Origin: a virus
Reading direction: 5' to 3' (one strand)
IMG/VR virus record: IMGVR_UViG_3300046453_000063
Span: 99,995-163,994 of that record
DNA length: 64,000 bases
The notes under the pieces are model-generated. The model did no database searches. It saw only the letters and a list, made by a program, of their open reading frames with translations, and was not told the origin of the DNA. Of this stretch, positions 20,382 through 31,028 are shown piece after piece; within the stretch, counting starts at the first letter, position 1; each line of letters starts with the position of its first letter. Made by a program: the position numbers and the translations under genes.

Positions 20382-21020
20382 ATGTCAAACACTAAACTCA
20401 CTGAAGCGTACGAGAAAGCAGCACTTGCCACTGACAAACAGAGATCCACTATTGAACGTCACCAGTCACAACTTGACAAGATGCTTGCAACTCTCACTTC
20501 TAAAGGTGTTGACATCAATGACCTTGAAACTGTCAAGTGGGCAAACACCGATAAGGATCTTTACTGGGACATCTGCAAGATTCAAGGTAAACATGATGAC
20601 ATCAAGAATGCACTCAAGAAACTTGCTAAATGTGAATCCATCCAATCCGGCTGGTCAGATAAACTTAACAAGGAGATTGAGAAGGCACAGCTGTTCTCAG
20701 AACTCCCAGCCATCATCCTAGAGTTTGCAGAGAGATACAGAGTACGCTGCATTGAATGGCTGCTAGAAGGTCCAGAAGGCTACACACAAGCCGAAGCAGA
20801 GAAGAAGGCAGAACAGTTTAAGAAGGATCTACTCACCACTCTAGTATATAGAGTATCATCCAAGGTTGGTAAAATCACAGACGCAAAAGGCTTAACAATT
20901 GGTATGAATGGTGAACTCAATGGTTTAGTTATTGGAGATAAAGATAGCGCAACCGTTACAACAATCCTAGCAGGTGGATATAATATCCAATGCTTACACT
21001 ATAGAGTATTAGTAGGTTAA
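20382..21020 (+). CDS. Conserved phage hypothetical early protein
   Basis: GGAGG RBS; C-terminal TILAGGYNIQCLHYRVLV motif seen in phage proteins. Confidence 0.75.
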   Translation: MSNTKLTEAYEKAALATDKQRSTIERHQSQLDKMLATLTSKGVDINDLETVKWANTDKDLYWDICKIQGKHDDIKNALKKLAKCESIQSGWSDKLNKEIEKAQLFSELPAIILEFAERYRVRCIEWLLEGPEGYTQAEAEKKAEQFKKDLLTTLVYRVSSKVGKITDAKGLTIGMNGELNGLVIGDKDSATVTTILAGGYNIQCLHYRVLVG

Positions 21021-21088
21021 TAACAAAAAGGCTCAGAGTGACACCTGAGCCTAAATATTCCTTTAACTTTGAAAGGTGGATACATATA

Positions 21089-21292
21089 ATGTTCAATAAA
21101 GCACTCAAGGCACTTCCTAGTAATGTTGGCTATGATCCAGGTGAACATACTACTGTTTCAGATTTAATCTATATTGTTCAACATGAATTAGATCTCATGA
21201 ATGAAGAACCTGAACAATATGAATATCTATCTGCTGCAGAATTTAATAAACTAAAAAAGAAGTGTTTAAATTTTATTCAAAAATATAAATAA
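21089..21292 (+). CDS. Hypothetical protein
   Basis: AAAGGTGG RBS, ATG at 21089; followed by terminator. Confidence 0.6.
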   Translation: MFNKALKALPSNVGYDPGEHTTVSDLIYIVQHELDLMNEEPEQYEYLSAAEFNKLKKKCLNFIQKYK

Positions 21293-21317
21293 GCATAAAT
21301 AAATATAATTCACTCCA

Positions 21318-21350
21318 GAACTGTTATATCTCATAACGGTTCTTTTTTTT
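21318..21350 (+). terminator. Intrinsic terminator
   Basis: GAACTGTTAT...ATAACGGTTC followed by T8. Confidence 0.75.
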
Positions 21351-21456
21351 ATTTCCCTCTCACACCTCACACAATCCATTCTAAGCCATTCCACTATATG
21401 GTATAATAACCCTAACCTATCCTCATCATCTCTAATAAAGGATGTGCTTCCATTCC

Positions 21457-22278
21457 ATGTCTGACCCCAATCCATATCAACACATACCGTCTTACTCATC
21501 TAGAATATCTAAAGCAGCTCTAGACGCTGCACAGTATGCACAACAACAGGTTAACTCTCTTCAATCCTTACTAGGTGATACTGCTTATAGCATTGCCATG
21601 TCAACAGACGTTACTCATTTATTAAAAGATGCTGCCTATTATGCATCCGATGAAGCAGTCAAACAAATAGATTCATCAACTAAAGCACTATCCTCTATCT
21701 CAGCAGATGTTATGAAAGAAGTCATTCGCTCCACACAAGGTATTATTAATGCACGTATTCCACAATCAGCAATCGATAGCATTGCTCTCATTAACACTGC
21801 TATAGAATCTATCAAAGGTATTCAGTTTGACACTATTGCAGCAAAGCATATAACTGTTAACTACGAACAGTATAAGCCTGTAGCAGACGCACTAGAAGGC
21901 TTACAGCATGATAACAACATACCACTTGACTTTAATTCTATACCTGTTCAGGATTCATCTGATACTGTTACGGATAACATCAGTGAAGTAATCAAAGAAC
22001 AAAAGCCAGTCAACGTAATAGCCATTATTAGTCTTATACTTTCTATCTATGGTTCTTATCTGGGAACATATACCAACTTTCTTAAGCCTAGCATAGCAGG
22101 CGAACAGTTACAGTTAGAAAAAGAGCAACTTGCACAATCAAAGTTAGATTATAATGAAGAGGTTAGACATAATAAGATAACAGAAGAACAGGGTAGACAA
22201 ACATTGATTTTTACGGGTAAAATGTATGATCTTTTGATTAACCTTACTAATACAGAAGCAGAAGTAACTGAAGAGTAG
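21457..22278 (+). CDS. Hypothetical single-TM protein (moron-like, own promoter and terminator)
   Basis: TM segment VIAIISLILSIYGSYLG; TGGTATAAT upstream; hairpin at 22290-22316. Confidence 0.65.
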   Translation: MSDPNPYQHIPSYSSRISKAALDAAQYAQQQVNSLQSLLGDTAYSIAMSTDVTHLLKDAAYYASDEAVKQIDSSTKALSSISADVMKEVIRSTQGIINARIPQSAIDSIALINTAIESIKGIQFDTIAAKHITVNYEQYKPVADALEGLQHDNNIPLDFNSIPVQDSSDTVTDNISEVIKEQKPVNVIAIISLILSIYGSYLGTYTNFLKPSIAGEQLQLEKEQLAQSKLDYNEEVRHNKITEEQGRQTLIFTGKMYDLLINLTNTEAEVTEE

Positions 22279-22442
22279 TAGTTTGCATGAAGCAGTCTAT
22301 ATGTTTAGACTGTTTCTTTGTATCATTTTAATCATTTAATAAATAAATATAAGTAGACATTATAATATAATATATGCTATAATAAGGTATAAGAGGTATT
22401 AACGGTTAACACATTCCAGCATCACAAAAGGGGATCATACAT

Positions 22443-22973
22443 ATGACAATTATCAACCATATCAACACTATCCAAGGTGTTACCACTAAAGACTCCAACA
22501 TGTTTAACCTTCACGAGCTGCACATTGACGGCGTTCATGTTGGTTATGTTCGTATGACCAATAGCAAAATTGAAATTATTCCTCATATCAACTTTACAGT
22601 TAATGCTGCTAAACCTATCTTTGTATCCTATGACGAGTTCCACAGTGTTGTTGATCAATATAGAGCAAAGGGTATCATCTCCTATAACCATTCTAACACT
22701 CCTGTAACCGTCTCTAAGCCTTCGCAAACTAATATTAATCCACTCATTACAACTAACCTTATCGGCCTCACAGTGACAGGTGAAACGTATGGTATTGTCA
22801 TCAACGAATATTCTGATTCATTCGGCAAAGATATTGTTATTGATTGGGAAGATGGCAGAACCACTCAAATAGACGTTAACAATATCACCGTTATTGACGA
22901 TAACACAGATATTCTTAATCCTGGTATCTTTATCGATCTCACAGGTGAATACTTGAGCAATATTTATATTTAA
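22443..22973 (+). CDS. Hypothetical early protein
   Basis: Motif promoter at 22335-22383; AAAGGGG RBS. Confidence 0.7.
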   Translation: MTIINHINTIQGVTTKDSNMFNLHELHIDGVHVGYVRMTNSKIEIIPHINFTVNAAKPIFVSYDEFHSVVDQYRAKGIISYNHSNTPVTVSKPSQTNINPLITTNLIGLTVTGETYGIVINEYSDSFGKDIVIDWEDGRTTQIDVNNITVIDDNTDILNPGIFIDLTGEYLSNIYI

Positions 22974-23059
22974 TAAATAAATATAAGTTGAAATACAAAA
23001 AATATCGTGCTATAATAAGATATAACCAAAAACGAGATACATAAAAGGAGCTGATAACA

Positions 23060-23395
23060 ATGATTACAGAAACTACTGGTCGCAACGAAATTCAAATGAT
23101 GCAGAATAAATATAATGCAGTCATCAGATGGGAAGAGCAGTTTGCAAATGAAATTGAAGAACTCAAAAAGATCGATGAAAATGACACTGAAGCGAATAGC
23201 GTTGCTCTTGAATTGCTCAAGACATGGGATGACCGCAGTAAAATTTCTGGTAAGCGTACAGCCTTGGTAACATCGAGCAATTCACGTAAAATTGATAAGC
23301 TTGAATCAAAACTTAATTCCTTGGGCTACAACCTAAAGAAAACAGATTGGAACAACAATATTGCAATTACAAAATTGAAGTGTGTTATTGCCTGA
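23060..23395 (+). CDS. Hypothetical early protein
   Basis: Motif promoter TTGAAA-17-TATAAT (22988-23016); AAGGAG RBS. Confidence 0.7.
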   Translation: MITETTGRNEIQMMQNKYNAVIRWEEQFANEIEELKKIDENDTEANSVALELLKTWDDRSKISGKRTALVTSSNSRKIDKLESKLNSLGYNLKKTDWNNNIAITKLKCVIA

Positions 23396-23428
23396 AAATT
23401 AAACAATAATGAAAGGAGGTGGGATAGG

Positions 23429-23584
23429 ATGATTCTTATTTATGTATCATTTCTTTTATACACCATTTATAGAATGACTAAGGAAGTGAGAAAGAAACAG
23501 TATAAATGGGCGCTTGAATCTTTGGTGTTTGCATTTTTATTTGTAATTGAAATTGCAGCATGGATTATCTTAGAGATTAATTAA
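23429..23584 (+). CDS. Small two-TM membrane protein (51 aa, not in track)
   Basis: AAGGAGGT RBS; MILIYVSFLLYTIYRMTKEVRKKQYKWALESLVFAFLFVIEIAAWIILEIN. Confidence 0.55.
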   Translation: MILIYVSFLLYTIYRMTKEVRKKQYKWALESLVFAFLFVIEIAAWIILEIN

Positions 23585-23709
23585 TACATAAATATTATGA
23601 ATAAATATGAATAAAATATAAATTCAAGGAGAATCCCATTCTCCTTTTTATCATATATTCTCGCACCGACTCATTAACACAATAATAATCAAAAGGAGGT
23701 ATTCACAAA

Positions 23710-24924
23710 TTGACAATCAAAGTAGTTGATTCTATTATGGGTTCCTATAAAACGACAACGGCAATAGACATGATGAACCGCGACAGCAAACATAAGTATA
23801 TATTCATCACTCCATATCTTGATGAAGTGGACCGAGTAAAACAATCATGTTCAGGAAAAAGGTTTGTTGATCCAAAAAATTACGATTCAGAAGGACGCTT
23901 CACACATAAACAAGATTCGTTTCATGAACTGCTTGCAAATGGTCACAATATTGTTTCTACTCATGCACTATTCAGGCAGTCCAATGAGGAGACAAGGGAG
24001 CTTATTCAGGCAGGAAATTATATTTTAATCCTTGATGAAGTAATGGATATTATCGAACACTTAGCAATTAAAAAATCTGACAAGGATCTGCTTTTTGATA
24101 ACAACTTACTATTTGTTGATGAAGAAGGTTATATATGCTGGAACAATGCGAATCCAAAAGCATTAGAATATGATGGTAAATTTAATGATATAAAGAACAT
24201 GGCTAATAATAGAAATCTGCTGTTTTATCGTGACACAATTTTAATCTGGACGTTTCCACATAACATCTTTAAATCATTCAAGGAAACATACATACTTACA
24301 TATAAATTCAGTGGTCAGATTCAGAAGTATTATTATGACTTGAACAAAGTAGAGTATGAATATTTCAAAGTAAATAAAAATAATGATACATATTCATTTG
24401 TCAGAGGTAAGGCAGAAGACAAAGAAATCAGAACCAAACTCAAACCACTAATTAATATTTATGATGGCACACTGAACGATATAGGAAAAGACAAATACAC
24501 ACTTTCTAAGAGTTGGTACGAAAAGCGAAACCAATCACTAACACGACTAAAAAATAATGTTGCAAACTATTTCAAACATAAAATGAAAGCAAAGTCTAAT
24601 CAAATTCTCTGGACAACATTCAAGGAATATCAGAGTAAAATTAGTTCACCTGGGAATCAGCGTTCATACATATCTTGTAATGTAAGGGCTACGAATCAGT
24701 ACAGGGATAGAATATACTTAGCTTACACGGTCAATAGATATATGAATCCAATCATTGAAGGGTTCTTCAACGAAAGAGGAATTGCTCTAAACCAGGAAGA
24801 GTGGGCAACGGGTGAATTAATCCAATGGATATGGAGAAGTGCAATCCGTGACAATAACGAAATTAATATTTATATTCCATCCGAGAGAATGAGGAATTTA
24901 TTAATTAGTTGGCTGGATGAATAA
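23710..24924 (+). CDS. SF2 helicase-like P-loop protein (YonV-like) with altered Walker A
   Basis: VVDSIMGSYKTT, LILDEV, ATN.Y, QWIWRSAIR motifs; AAGGAGG RBS. Confidence 0.75.
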   Translation: MTIKVVDSIMGSYKTTTAIDMMNRDSKHKYIFITPYLDEVDRVKQSCSGKRFVDPKNYDSEGRFTHKQDSFHELLANGHNIVSTHALFRQSNEETRELIQAGNYILILDEVMDIIEHLAIKKSDKDLLFDNNLLFVDEEGYICWNNANPKALEYDGKFNDIKNMANNRNLLFYRDTILIWTFPHNIFKSFKETYILTYKFSGQIQKYYYDLNKVEYEYFKVNKNNDTYSFVRGKAEDKEIRTKLKPLINIYDGTLNDIGKDKYTLSKSWYEKRNQSLTRLKNNVANYFKHKMKAKSNQILWTTFKEYQSKISSPGNQRSYISCNVRATNQYRDRIYLAYTVNRYMNPIIEGFFNERGIALNQEEWATGELIQWIWRSAIRDNNEINIYIPSERMRNLLISWLDE

Positions 24925-25331
24925 GCAGGAATTTTTTATATTCCAAACACTCAAAAAAAGCCTTTATTATCAACGGTTTTATGAACAAAGTCTTAATAGG
25001 AAAATTGTAATAATAAATATATTTATAACTTTATTTTCATGCAATCCGTTCGCCTATTAGCCAAATTTTCAATTCAACCATATAAAGACAAGATCAAGAG
25101 CCGCCACACAACTCGCAAACCCGGCGAGTTCTATGACGTACTACAGAACGCACAAGGCGCGTTCTTTCGTTCAATTGGAACACCTTAGCCGTCATTCCCA
25201 CTCTGACGGTTATTTTTCATACTCACACATAATATAATAAGTAAATATAAGTAGATTAATACAATTAAGTATGGTACACTATATATGTAACAAAGGTACT
25301 CAATATATCCATACATTAAGGAGCAATCAAC

Positions 25332-25535
25332 ATGCAAACTAAAACCATCAACCCTAATTTCCTTATCCCAGGCGAAACCTATCTCATCAATTACGGTACA
25401 TTCTCCAAAGTTTCAACATTCCTTAACTCTTTTAATGGTATCAACTCTTTCTTTGACATTAATGGTCCCTTTAATTTCTCTGATTCTTTTATCAATTCAG
25501 GTAGAATCACTATTGAACAGATTAACAACATTTAA
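25332..25535 (+). CDS. Hypothetical protein, paralog of 32061-32246
   Basis: Motif promoter and RBS; clear alignment to the 32061 ORF. Confidence 0.7.
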   Translation: MQTKTINPNFLIPGETYLINYGTFSKVSTFLNSFNGINSFFDINGPFNFSDSFINSGRITIEQINNI

Positions 25536-25563
25536 TAATAAAAATATAAAGGTGGTTACTATA

Positions 25564-25917
25564 ATGAAATCAATCCTATTCGCTCTTTTCATCTCTCTTT
25601 CTCTATCTCTATCTCAATTCCCACTATCCTCAATCGACTCAACTCAGATCCAATCCGTTCCAGCCTCGACAACTCAATCCCATCAATACATATTCGAAGA
25701 CTTCACGATTGTTGACGTAACACCACAAGGCGAAATCTATGGCGAACTAATCACAGGCAAAGGTGAAGGGATCTTGCTTCTACAGTCTCAATTATCATCT
25801 ATTCTAGATGCACCGACTAAATTAGTTGTTGGTGATGAGATTGAAATTGCTTGGACTATTCAAGATTATCAAGATGAGAATTGGGAGAATATTCATTCGA
25901 TTGAGTTTTTGAATTAG
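25564..25917 (+). CDS. Putative secreted protein
   Basis: AAGGTGG RBS; MKSILFALFISLSLSLS signal-peptide-like N-terminus. Confidence 0.6.
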   Translation: MKSILFALFISLSLSLSQFPLSSIDSTQIQSVPASTTQSHQYIFEDFTIVDVTPQGEIYGELITGKGEGILLLQSQLSSILDAPTKLVVGDEIEIAWTIQDYQDENWENIHSIEFLN

Positions 25918-26000
25918 GGTTAATGAGTAAATATATGTTGTAATTGTGTTGTCTCCCGTGATATACTGTATTCAAGAGATAAAACAAGGAGGCAATACAA

Positions 26001-26660
26001 ATGTCATACATATGCTCAGTTTGTGGAAAGTCGGTTACTCCAGCAGCTCACCAATATTGTATTAGTAATCAATATCCAGTAATGTGCCATAAACACCAAC
26101 AAGAATATGGTTTAAATGCTTATCATGTTGCTTCTGACTTGGAAATTCAGATCAATAAAGAAGAGGCAGAGAAAGAAGCTGCTGAACGTCAAACAAGAGA
26201 AGTAAACAGATTAAAAAACGTCATCGCAAATATTGAATACTTTGTAAATAAAATCATCGTCAATAAAGAATACGGTTACGCGAAGTCATTGTTTCGAGAA
26301 ATTGAACTGGCAAAGAAAAACAACCTAATCACAGTTGAACAATATAATAAATATATTGAAATATATTATAAAAATAAAGACAAGAAACCATTAACTCAGA
26401 AGCAAAAATCAACATTTTGGAAAGAGATAATTGTCAAAATTGAAGCAATAATAAATGAAAATGTTAAAACAAATAAGATTGAATCTGATTTCGCAAAAGA
26501 AGATGTTTATAGTCAAATGAACGATCTGATCGATGAGTATCAATTCATTGAAACAAACAGAGAAGAATACTTATATGTTTACCTGAAGAAATTGCAAGAA
26601 ATAACTGAATCATATTATTATGAAGATGCTGAAGAAATCAAATTCGGATTTAAAATGTAG
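26001..26660 (+). CDS. Zinc-finger protein
   Basis: CSVC...YC...CHKHQ N-terminus; GGAGG RBS; terminator at 26661-26686. Confidence 0.7.
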   Translation: MSYICSVCGKSVTPAAHQYCISNQYPVMCHKHQQEYGLNAYHVASDLEIQINKEEAEKEAAERQTREVNRLKNVIANIEYFVNKIIVNKEYGYAKSLFREIELAKKNNLITVEQYNKYIEIYYKNKDKKPLTQKQKSTFWKEIIVKIEAIINENVKTNKIESDFAKEDVYSQMNDLIDEYQFIETNREEYLYVYLKKLQEITESYYYEDAEEIKFGFKM

Positions 26661-26768
26661 AGAATCCTTAACAGGGTTCTTTTTTTATTTGCTCGTTTCT
26701 CATTTAAAAAGTAAATATATATTTACAAATCACATCGTCTATGCTAAAATTATAACTATCAAGAGGAG

Positions 26769-27101
26769 GTGAATCCATTGCCAAACTTAGCAACAGCATT
26801 CAATCAATCACAACCAACGCCAATATCACAGCAGCAATCTTTATCTATCATTTCATCACTCACCAAACAATCGGCTTACACCTATTCTTCACACGCTCTA
26901 GAACGCCTTAATCAGTCTGACAGATGCTTCACTGTTGAACGTATGTTATTCATCCTAAAGTTCCCCAAAGCGGTCTCTGAGCCTGTCTACGATGCTAAAT
27001 ATAATGAATATCGCTATTGTGTGAAGGGTTTCAACAAACGCCATGTTGTAGTGGCCCTGAACGCTTCTAACACGGCAATGGTCATAATCACCGTCTATTG
27101 A
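26769..27101 (+). CDS. DUF4258-like (RelE/BrnT-fold) protein
   Basis: YSSHALERL...RYCVKG...VVVA...VIITVY pattern. Confidence 0.55.
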   Translation: MNPLPNLATAFNQSQPTPISQQQSLSIISSLTKQSAYTYSSHALERLNQSDRCFTVERMLFILKFPKAVSEPVYDAKYNEYRYCVKGFNKRHVVVALNASNTAMVIITVY

Positions 27102-27199
27102 ACCTCTTACAGTGTTACGGTCTTTCCTAGAGCCTCACAGAGCGTTATAATTGATTTTAATACATAGTTACCAATACATTTTACATAGGAGTGTCTACA

Positions 27200-27430
27200 A
27201 TGACCAATAACCAGTACATAACCGATATGATTCTAAATACATTTAAATCTAATAATAAACTGGATCAATTCAAGCACTTCTATAATTTGTCTCATGAGGA
27301 TCTGACTGGAGTTGCTGAAGCTTATAAGCACGGAGCAATGTCAGAAGAAGAAATGCAGGAACAGGTTAAAGTGTTTATGAATGAGTATACTTATAATTTG
27401 ATCGGGTTGATGAGTGGAAAAGGGGAATGA
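27200..27430 (+). CDS. Hypothetical protein
   Basis: AGGAG RBS. Confidence 0.55.
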   Translation: MTNNQYITDMILNTFKSNNKLDQFKHFYNLSHEDLTGVAEAYKHGAMSEEEMQEQVKVFMNEYTYNLIGLMSGKGE

Positions 27431-27572
27431 GTACATAAAATGGAGTGTGTGATTTAATAAATAAATATAAGGTAAAAAATTAAAAAGTATTGACGATAAC
27501 GAAAAATGATGCTATTATATAAATATAAATAAATGAAATTTATAGCCGCAGGGCTTTAACCTTGGGGGTCGC

Positions 27573-27764
27573 ATGACATATACATATTTTAAATACGAAA
27601 TCAAGGTTAATGGTGAAACGGTGCGCAATAATATAAAAGTATCTGCAACAATATTTGCAAAAGAAGATGCTTTAGAACTTTTAAAAGGAAATTTTGGTAG
27701 AGATATTGAAATCATTACTCTGAAAAGAACTACAATGAAAAATTATAAGAATGGACAATTTTAA
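27573..27764 (+). CDS. Hypothetical protein
   Basis: Downstream of TTGACG promoter; GGGGG RBS. Confidence 0.5.
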   Translation: MTYTYFKYEIKVNGETVRNNIKVSATIFAKEDALELLKGNFGRDIEIITLKRTTMKNYKNGQF

Positions 27765-27765
27765 T

Positions 27766-27930
27766 ATGATAAAGGAGATTGAAGTAGGACACACAGTAGA
27801 AGCTTTTGTTAATGATAAATTAATTACAGGAAAAGTGTTTCATAAAGGATTTGATGTATTAACAATACGAACAGAAAATGTGAGAATCAGAATAGAGATT
27901 ACCCCAAAAACAAAAATTAGAAGGGTTTAA
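27766..27930 (+). CDS. Hypothetical 54-aa protein (not in track)
   Basis: Manual translation MIKEIEVGHTVEAFVNDKLITGKV...; abuts the previous ORF. Confidence 0.45.
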   Translation: MIKEIEVGHTVEAFVNDKLITGKVFHKGFDVLTIRTENVRIRIEITPKTKIRRV

Positions 27931-28192
27931 TTTTCTTATGTTAATCTCATGAAATACTTGTTTTATCAAGTTTTTTATGTATAAATATTCATGATAGTAT
28001 GTATAAGGGTGTATAGTGAATGAATAATATACATAAAAATGTATAAATATAATATGATTGATTTCATTGAGGGGAGAACGAAGATTCTCTCTTTTTTATT
28101 TAATAAATAAATATATGTTGACTTATCACTAACAAAGGTTTATTATTATAGATAAGAAGTTAATACATATTAATTACATGGAGGTTTTACAA

Positions 28193-29926
28193 ATGACAAA
28201 AACAATGACAGCAACTACAGCGGCAGCAATTAAGCAAGAATTGAAAGCAACTTTCCCGAATGTTAAATTTTCGGTTCGTAAGTCTGCTAGTGGTGGCTCA
28301 ATTAATGTCAGATGGGAGAACCTGCCAAGCGTTAACGCTGTAAATGCTATTGTTAAGAAGTATGAAAATGTTTCTTATGATCAACATTCCGGTGAAGTTT
28401 TGAGTGGTGGGAATACTTTTGTATTTGCAACAGCCGAATATACACAGGAGTTTAAAAAAGAAGTTGAAAACAGAATGACAGAGTATACTTTAAACAATCA
28501 TACTCATTATTATAGAGGATTTACTGAGGTCGTTAATCAAATGTGGGAAGAACAAACCAGTATGAATGAAGTTGCGGAGATTGAGAAAGTAGTTATAAGA
28601 GAAGAAAAAGAAGTTACGATGACTAATGAATTAGCCAAAGAATTAGTAAATAAATATGTTAAAAATGAAACAACAAAAAAAGAAGAAAATACTCTCACTC
28701 AATATCATTTGCAATTGCAAGAACGAGCAATGAATTTTAAAAAGTCTTTGCCTTCTAATTACTCTGAGTTAATCAATGATGAACTATCTTATGAAATATT
28801 GGTTAATTACTCTGAATCAAATAATGCGGCCGGAGAATATACCGAAACCGTTAGTGGTAAAGAACTAAAAGAATATATCTGGAGTAATCTTGTATTAGAT
28901 ATTGTATCTCCTTTGGTAGCCTCTGAGATCAGCCAGAATATTAATGCATCCGTAGATAATAGTGTATGCGAATCTGTCATAGTCGCTTATAACAACGAAT
29001 TGAACGGTATTGAATTATCATTTTCAGATACTTTGTCCGATGAAATGTTGTCCTCTGTATGTGCAAATGGCTTCAAGTGGAGCAGAAGAAAGAATCTGTT
29101 TTACGCAAAACAATCAGAAAAAACCATTGCGTTCGCAAACTCCCTAAGTGGTAATGACAGTATGCGAACAGCTAATGATACTACTTCTAAGCCTTCTGTA
29201 ATCAATTCTGAACCTGTTTCATATCCAACTATAAACATAGATGATCTTGAGTTATATATTGTTTCAGACGACTTACAACGCCGCTTACACTCATCTAGCA
29301 TGTTTGAGGTGGATTACAAGAAAGAATGTGTAAATGTATTTCAATCAATCCAATCAGAAGCAGTAAAAATAATCGAATCAACAAATGTTGAGTCAATTCA
29401 GTATCAAGTAAAGAAGTATCTGCAATCATTTAAAAAGCGTTATTACGAACAGTACATTAAATCACTTAACCATAAGGCAAATAATCCAGGATGGGCCGTT
29501 ACTGGTAGAGGTGGCTTAAATGTCCGTAGATATAACAAAATGCAGGACAGATATGGCAATATGATTTCTAATCTGTCTGAGATGTCAAAAGAATATGACC
29601 GTAAATTATCACAATTCAAATCAGTAATTAAGAAGCATGAACAAGACCTAAACAAACAAGCTGTAAGCGATTCTGTTAGCTCAAATACTGAACCTGTGCA
29701 ATTTATAACTGAAACAAAAGATATGATATATGTGGGCCGCTCACAGCGTCTTAGAACCTATAATGCTGGAGGATATACTATTGCAAAGTTGTGGGGTTGC
29801 TTCAGAGTGTTTGACGATAAAGGGAAAGAGATCGATGCCAATTTGAAAACAACCAGTAAATTAGACGATGCTAAAAATTATGTTATTTATCTTATCCGTT
29901 CACAGGCAGTTAATCAGGCTGTTTAA
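28193..29926 (+). CDS. Large polyvalent protein with N-terminal LPD29-like domain
   Basis: AAAIKQELKATFPNVKFSVRKS...SINVRW signature; GFKWSRRKNLFYAK module; strong motif promoter TTGACT-17-TATTAT. Confidence 0.75.
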   Translation: MTKTMTATTAAAIKQELKATFPNVKFSVRKSASGGSINVRWENLPSVNAVNAIVKKYENVSYDQHSGEVLSGGNTFVFATAEYTQEFKKEVENRMTEYTLNNHTHYYRGFTEVVNQMWEEQTSMNEVAEIEKVVIREEKEVTMTNELAKELVNKYVKNETTKKEENTLTQYHLQLQERAMNFKKSLPSNYSELINDELSYEILVNYSESNNAAGEYTETVSGKELKEYIWSNLVLDIVSPLVASEISQNINASVDNSVCESVIVAYNNELNGIELSFSDTLSDEMLSSVCANGFKWSRRKNLFYAKQSEKTIAFANSLSGNDSMRTANDTTSKPSVINSEPVSYPTINIDDLELYIVSDDLQRRLHSSSMFEVDYKKECVNVFQSIQSEAVKIIESTNVESIQYQVKKYLQSFKKRYYEQYIKSLNHKANNPGWAVTGRGGLNVRRYNKMQDRYGNMISNLSEMSKEYDRKLSQFKSVIKKHEQDLNKQAVSDSVSSNTEPVQFITETKDMIYVGRSQRLRTYNAGGYTIAKLWGCFRVFDDKGKEIDANLKTTSKLDDAKNYVIYLIRSQAVNQAV

Positions 29927-29945
29927 CATAAAGGAGGCTTTTCTC

Positions 29946-30110
29946 ATGATTCAAGCAATCAACAAAATTCTCCCTATTCCCAGTAAATCAAACTTTACCA
30001 AAACTATGCAACATGAATCTAAACTCAAAAAGAAAATCAAAAAACTAAACAAAACAGACGTTTATACGTCATTTGCAGATCAACTTGAAATGGCCTGTAA
30101 ATTCAACTAA
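29946..30110 (+). CDS. Hypothetical basic protein
   Basis: AAGGAGG RBS before ATG 29946. Confidence 0.55.
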   Translation: MIQAINKILPIPSKSNFTKTMQHESKLKKKIKKLNKTDVYTSFADQLEMACKFN

Positions 30111-30138
30111 ATAATAAATATACAGAGGTGACTATATA

Positions 30139-30294
30139 ATGAAAATGAAAACAATCAAGCTTGTGAAGCGTGATGGATCGGTTATCCTCAAATGTGAAGG
30201 TGATAACATGAAGGTGCTTGAACTTGCTACATGCTGCAAACACGATATTGTTTGTGATTATGGTGATGTTGTAGAGATTAAGGTTAGTGCATGA
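30139..30294 (+). CDS. Hypothetical 51-aa protein (not in track)
   Basis: GAGGTG RBS; MKMKTIKLVKRDGSVILKC... Confidence 0.5.
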   Translation: MKMKTIKLVKRDGSVILKCEGDNMKVLELATCCKHDIVCDYGDVVEIKVSA

Positions 30295-30396
30295 TCTGAT
30301 AAAACACTTATTTCAAATAAATAATAAGTAAATATATGTTGAATAATACATAAACGTATGTTATACTTTAGGTATCCCATAGAAGAGGTGATACAT

Positions 30397-30684
30397 ATGG
30401 ATAGAGCAATGGAGTTATCAGAAAGAATTAAGGCAAAAGCACAGGAGCGCAAGGAACGTGAAAAGTGCGCCAAGTATACAGATGTTAAACTTGAAGGAAC
30501 GAACGCACTTCAGGCCGGATTCACAAAAAGCGGGAAGAGAGTCGTTTTTGAGTCTTGTATGGGGTTTTCGTCACAGAGCATGTATGGAGCCGGAACTTTC
30601 AGTGTGTATGATGGGAACGAAAGAAAAGTCATCTTTACAAAAGGATACCCATCAAAAGCACTCGAATATATGATGAATAACTAA
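30397..30684 (+). CDS. Hypothetical early protein
   Basis: Motif promoter, GAGGTG RBS, terminator at 30683-30717. Confidence 0.65.
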   Translation: MDRAMELSERIKAKAQERKEREKCAKYTDVKLEGTNALQAGFTKSGKRVVFESCMGFSSQSMYGAGTFSVYDGNERKVIFTKGYPSKALEYMMNN

Positions 30685-30743
30685 GAGGTCGAAATGACCT
30701 CTTATAATCTCTTTTTTGAATAAATACATGGAGTGTGATACAT

Positions 30744-31028
30744 ATGACAACCGCAACATTAACACCAGTCAAGAAAGAAACTCCAATTGAAACGCTGATC
30801 AAGAGAGCTTCTAAGGCCGTTTCCGCTGCAACTGATGGAGACATCAAGTGTAATGAATACACCGTCACAGAGCTTCGTAGAGTGTTTCTAGAACTTGCTG
30901 AAGATGGAGTCTGGGCAGCATACAAAGGGAATGGAATGTTTGAGGATGAGTATACCGAAATGCACATAGATGAGATGTCGGATAGATGGATTGCTAGAAA
31001 ATTGATTTGGGAATATGAATGTGAATAG
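30744..31028 (+). CDS. Hypothetical acidic protein
   Basis: GGAG RBS plus GATACATATG start context. Confidence 0.6.
   Translation: MTTATLTPVKKETPIETLIKRASKAVSAATDGDIKCNEYTVTELRRVFLELAEDGVWAAYKGNGMFEDEYTEMHIDEMSDRWIARKLIWEYECE

Noticed and set aside
23429-23584. Type I toxin equivalent to SPbeta yonT
   Set aside because: The position near the yonV-like gene is suggestive, but I found no convergent antisense promoter/terminator or recognisable similarity; kept as a plain small membrane protein.
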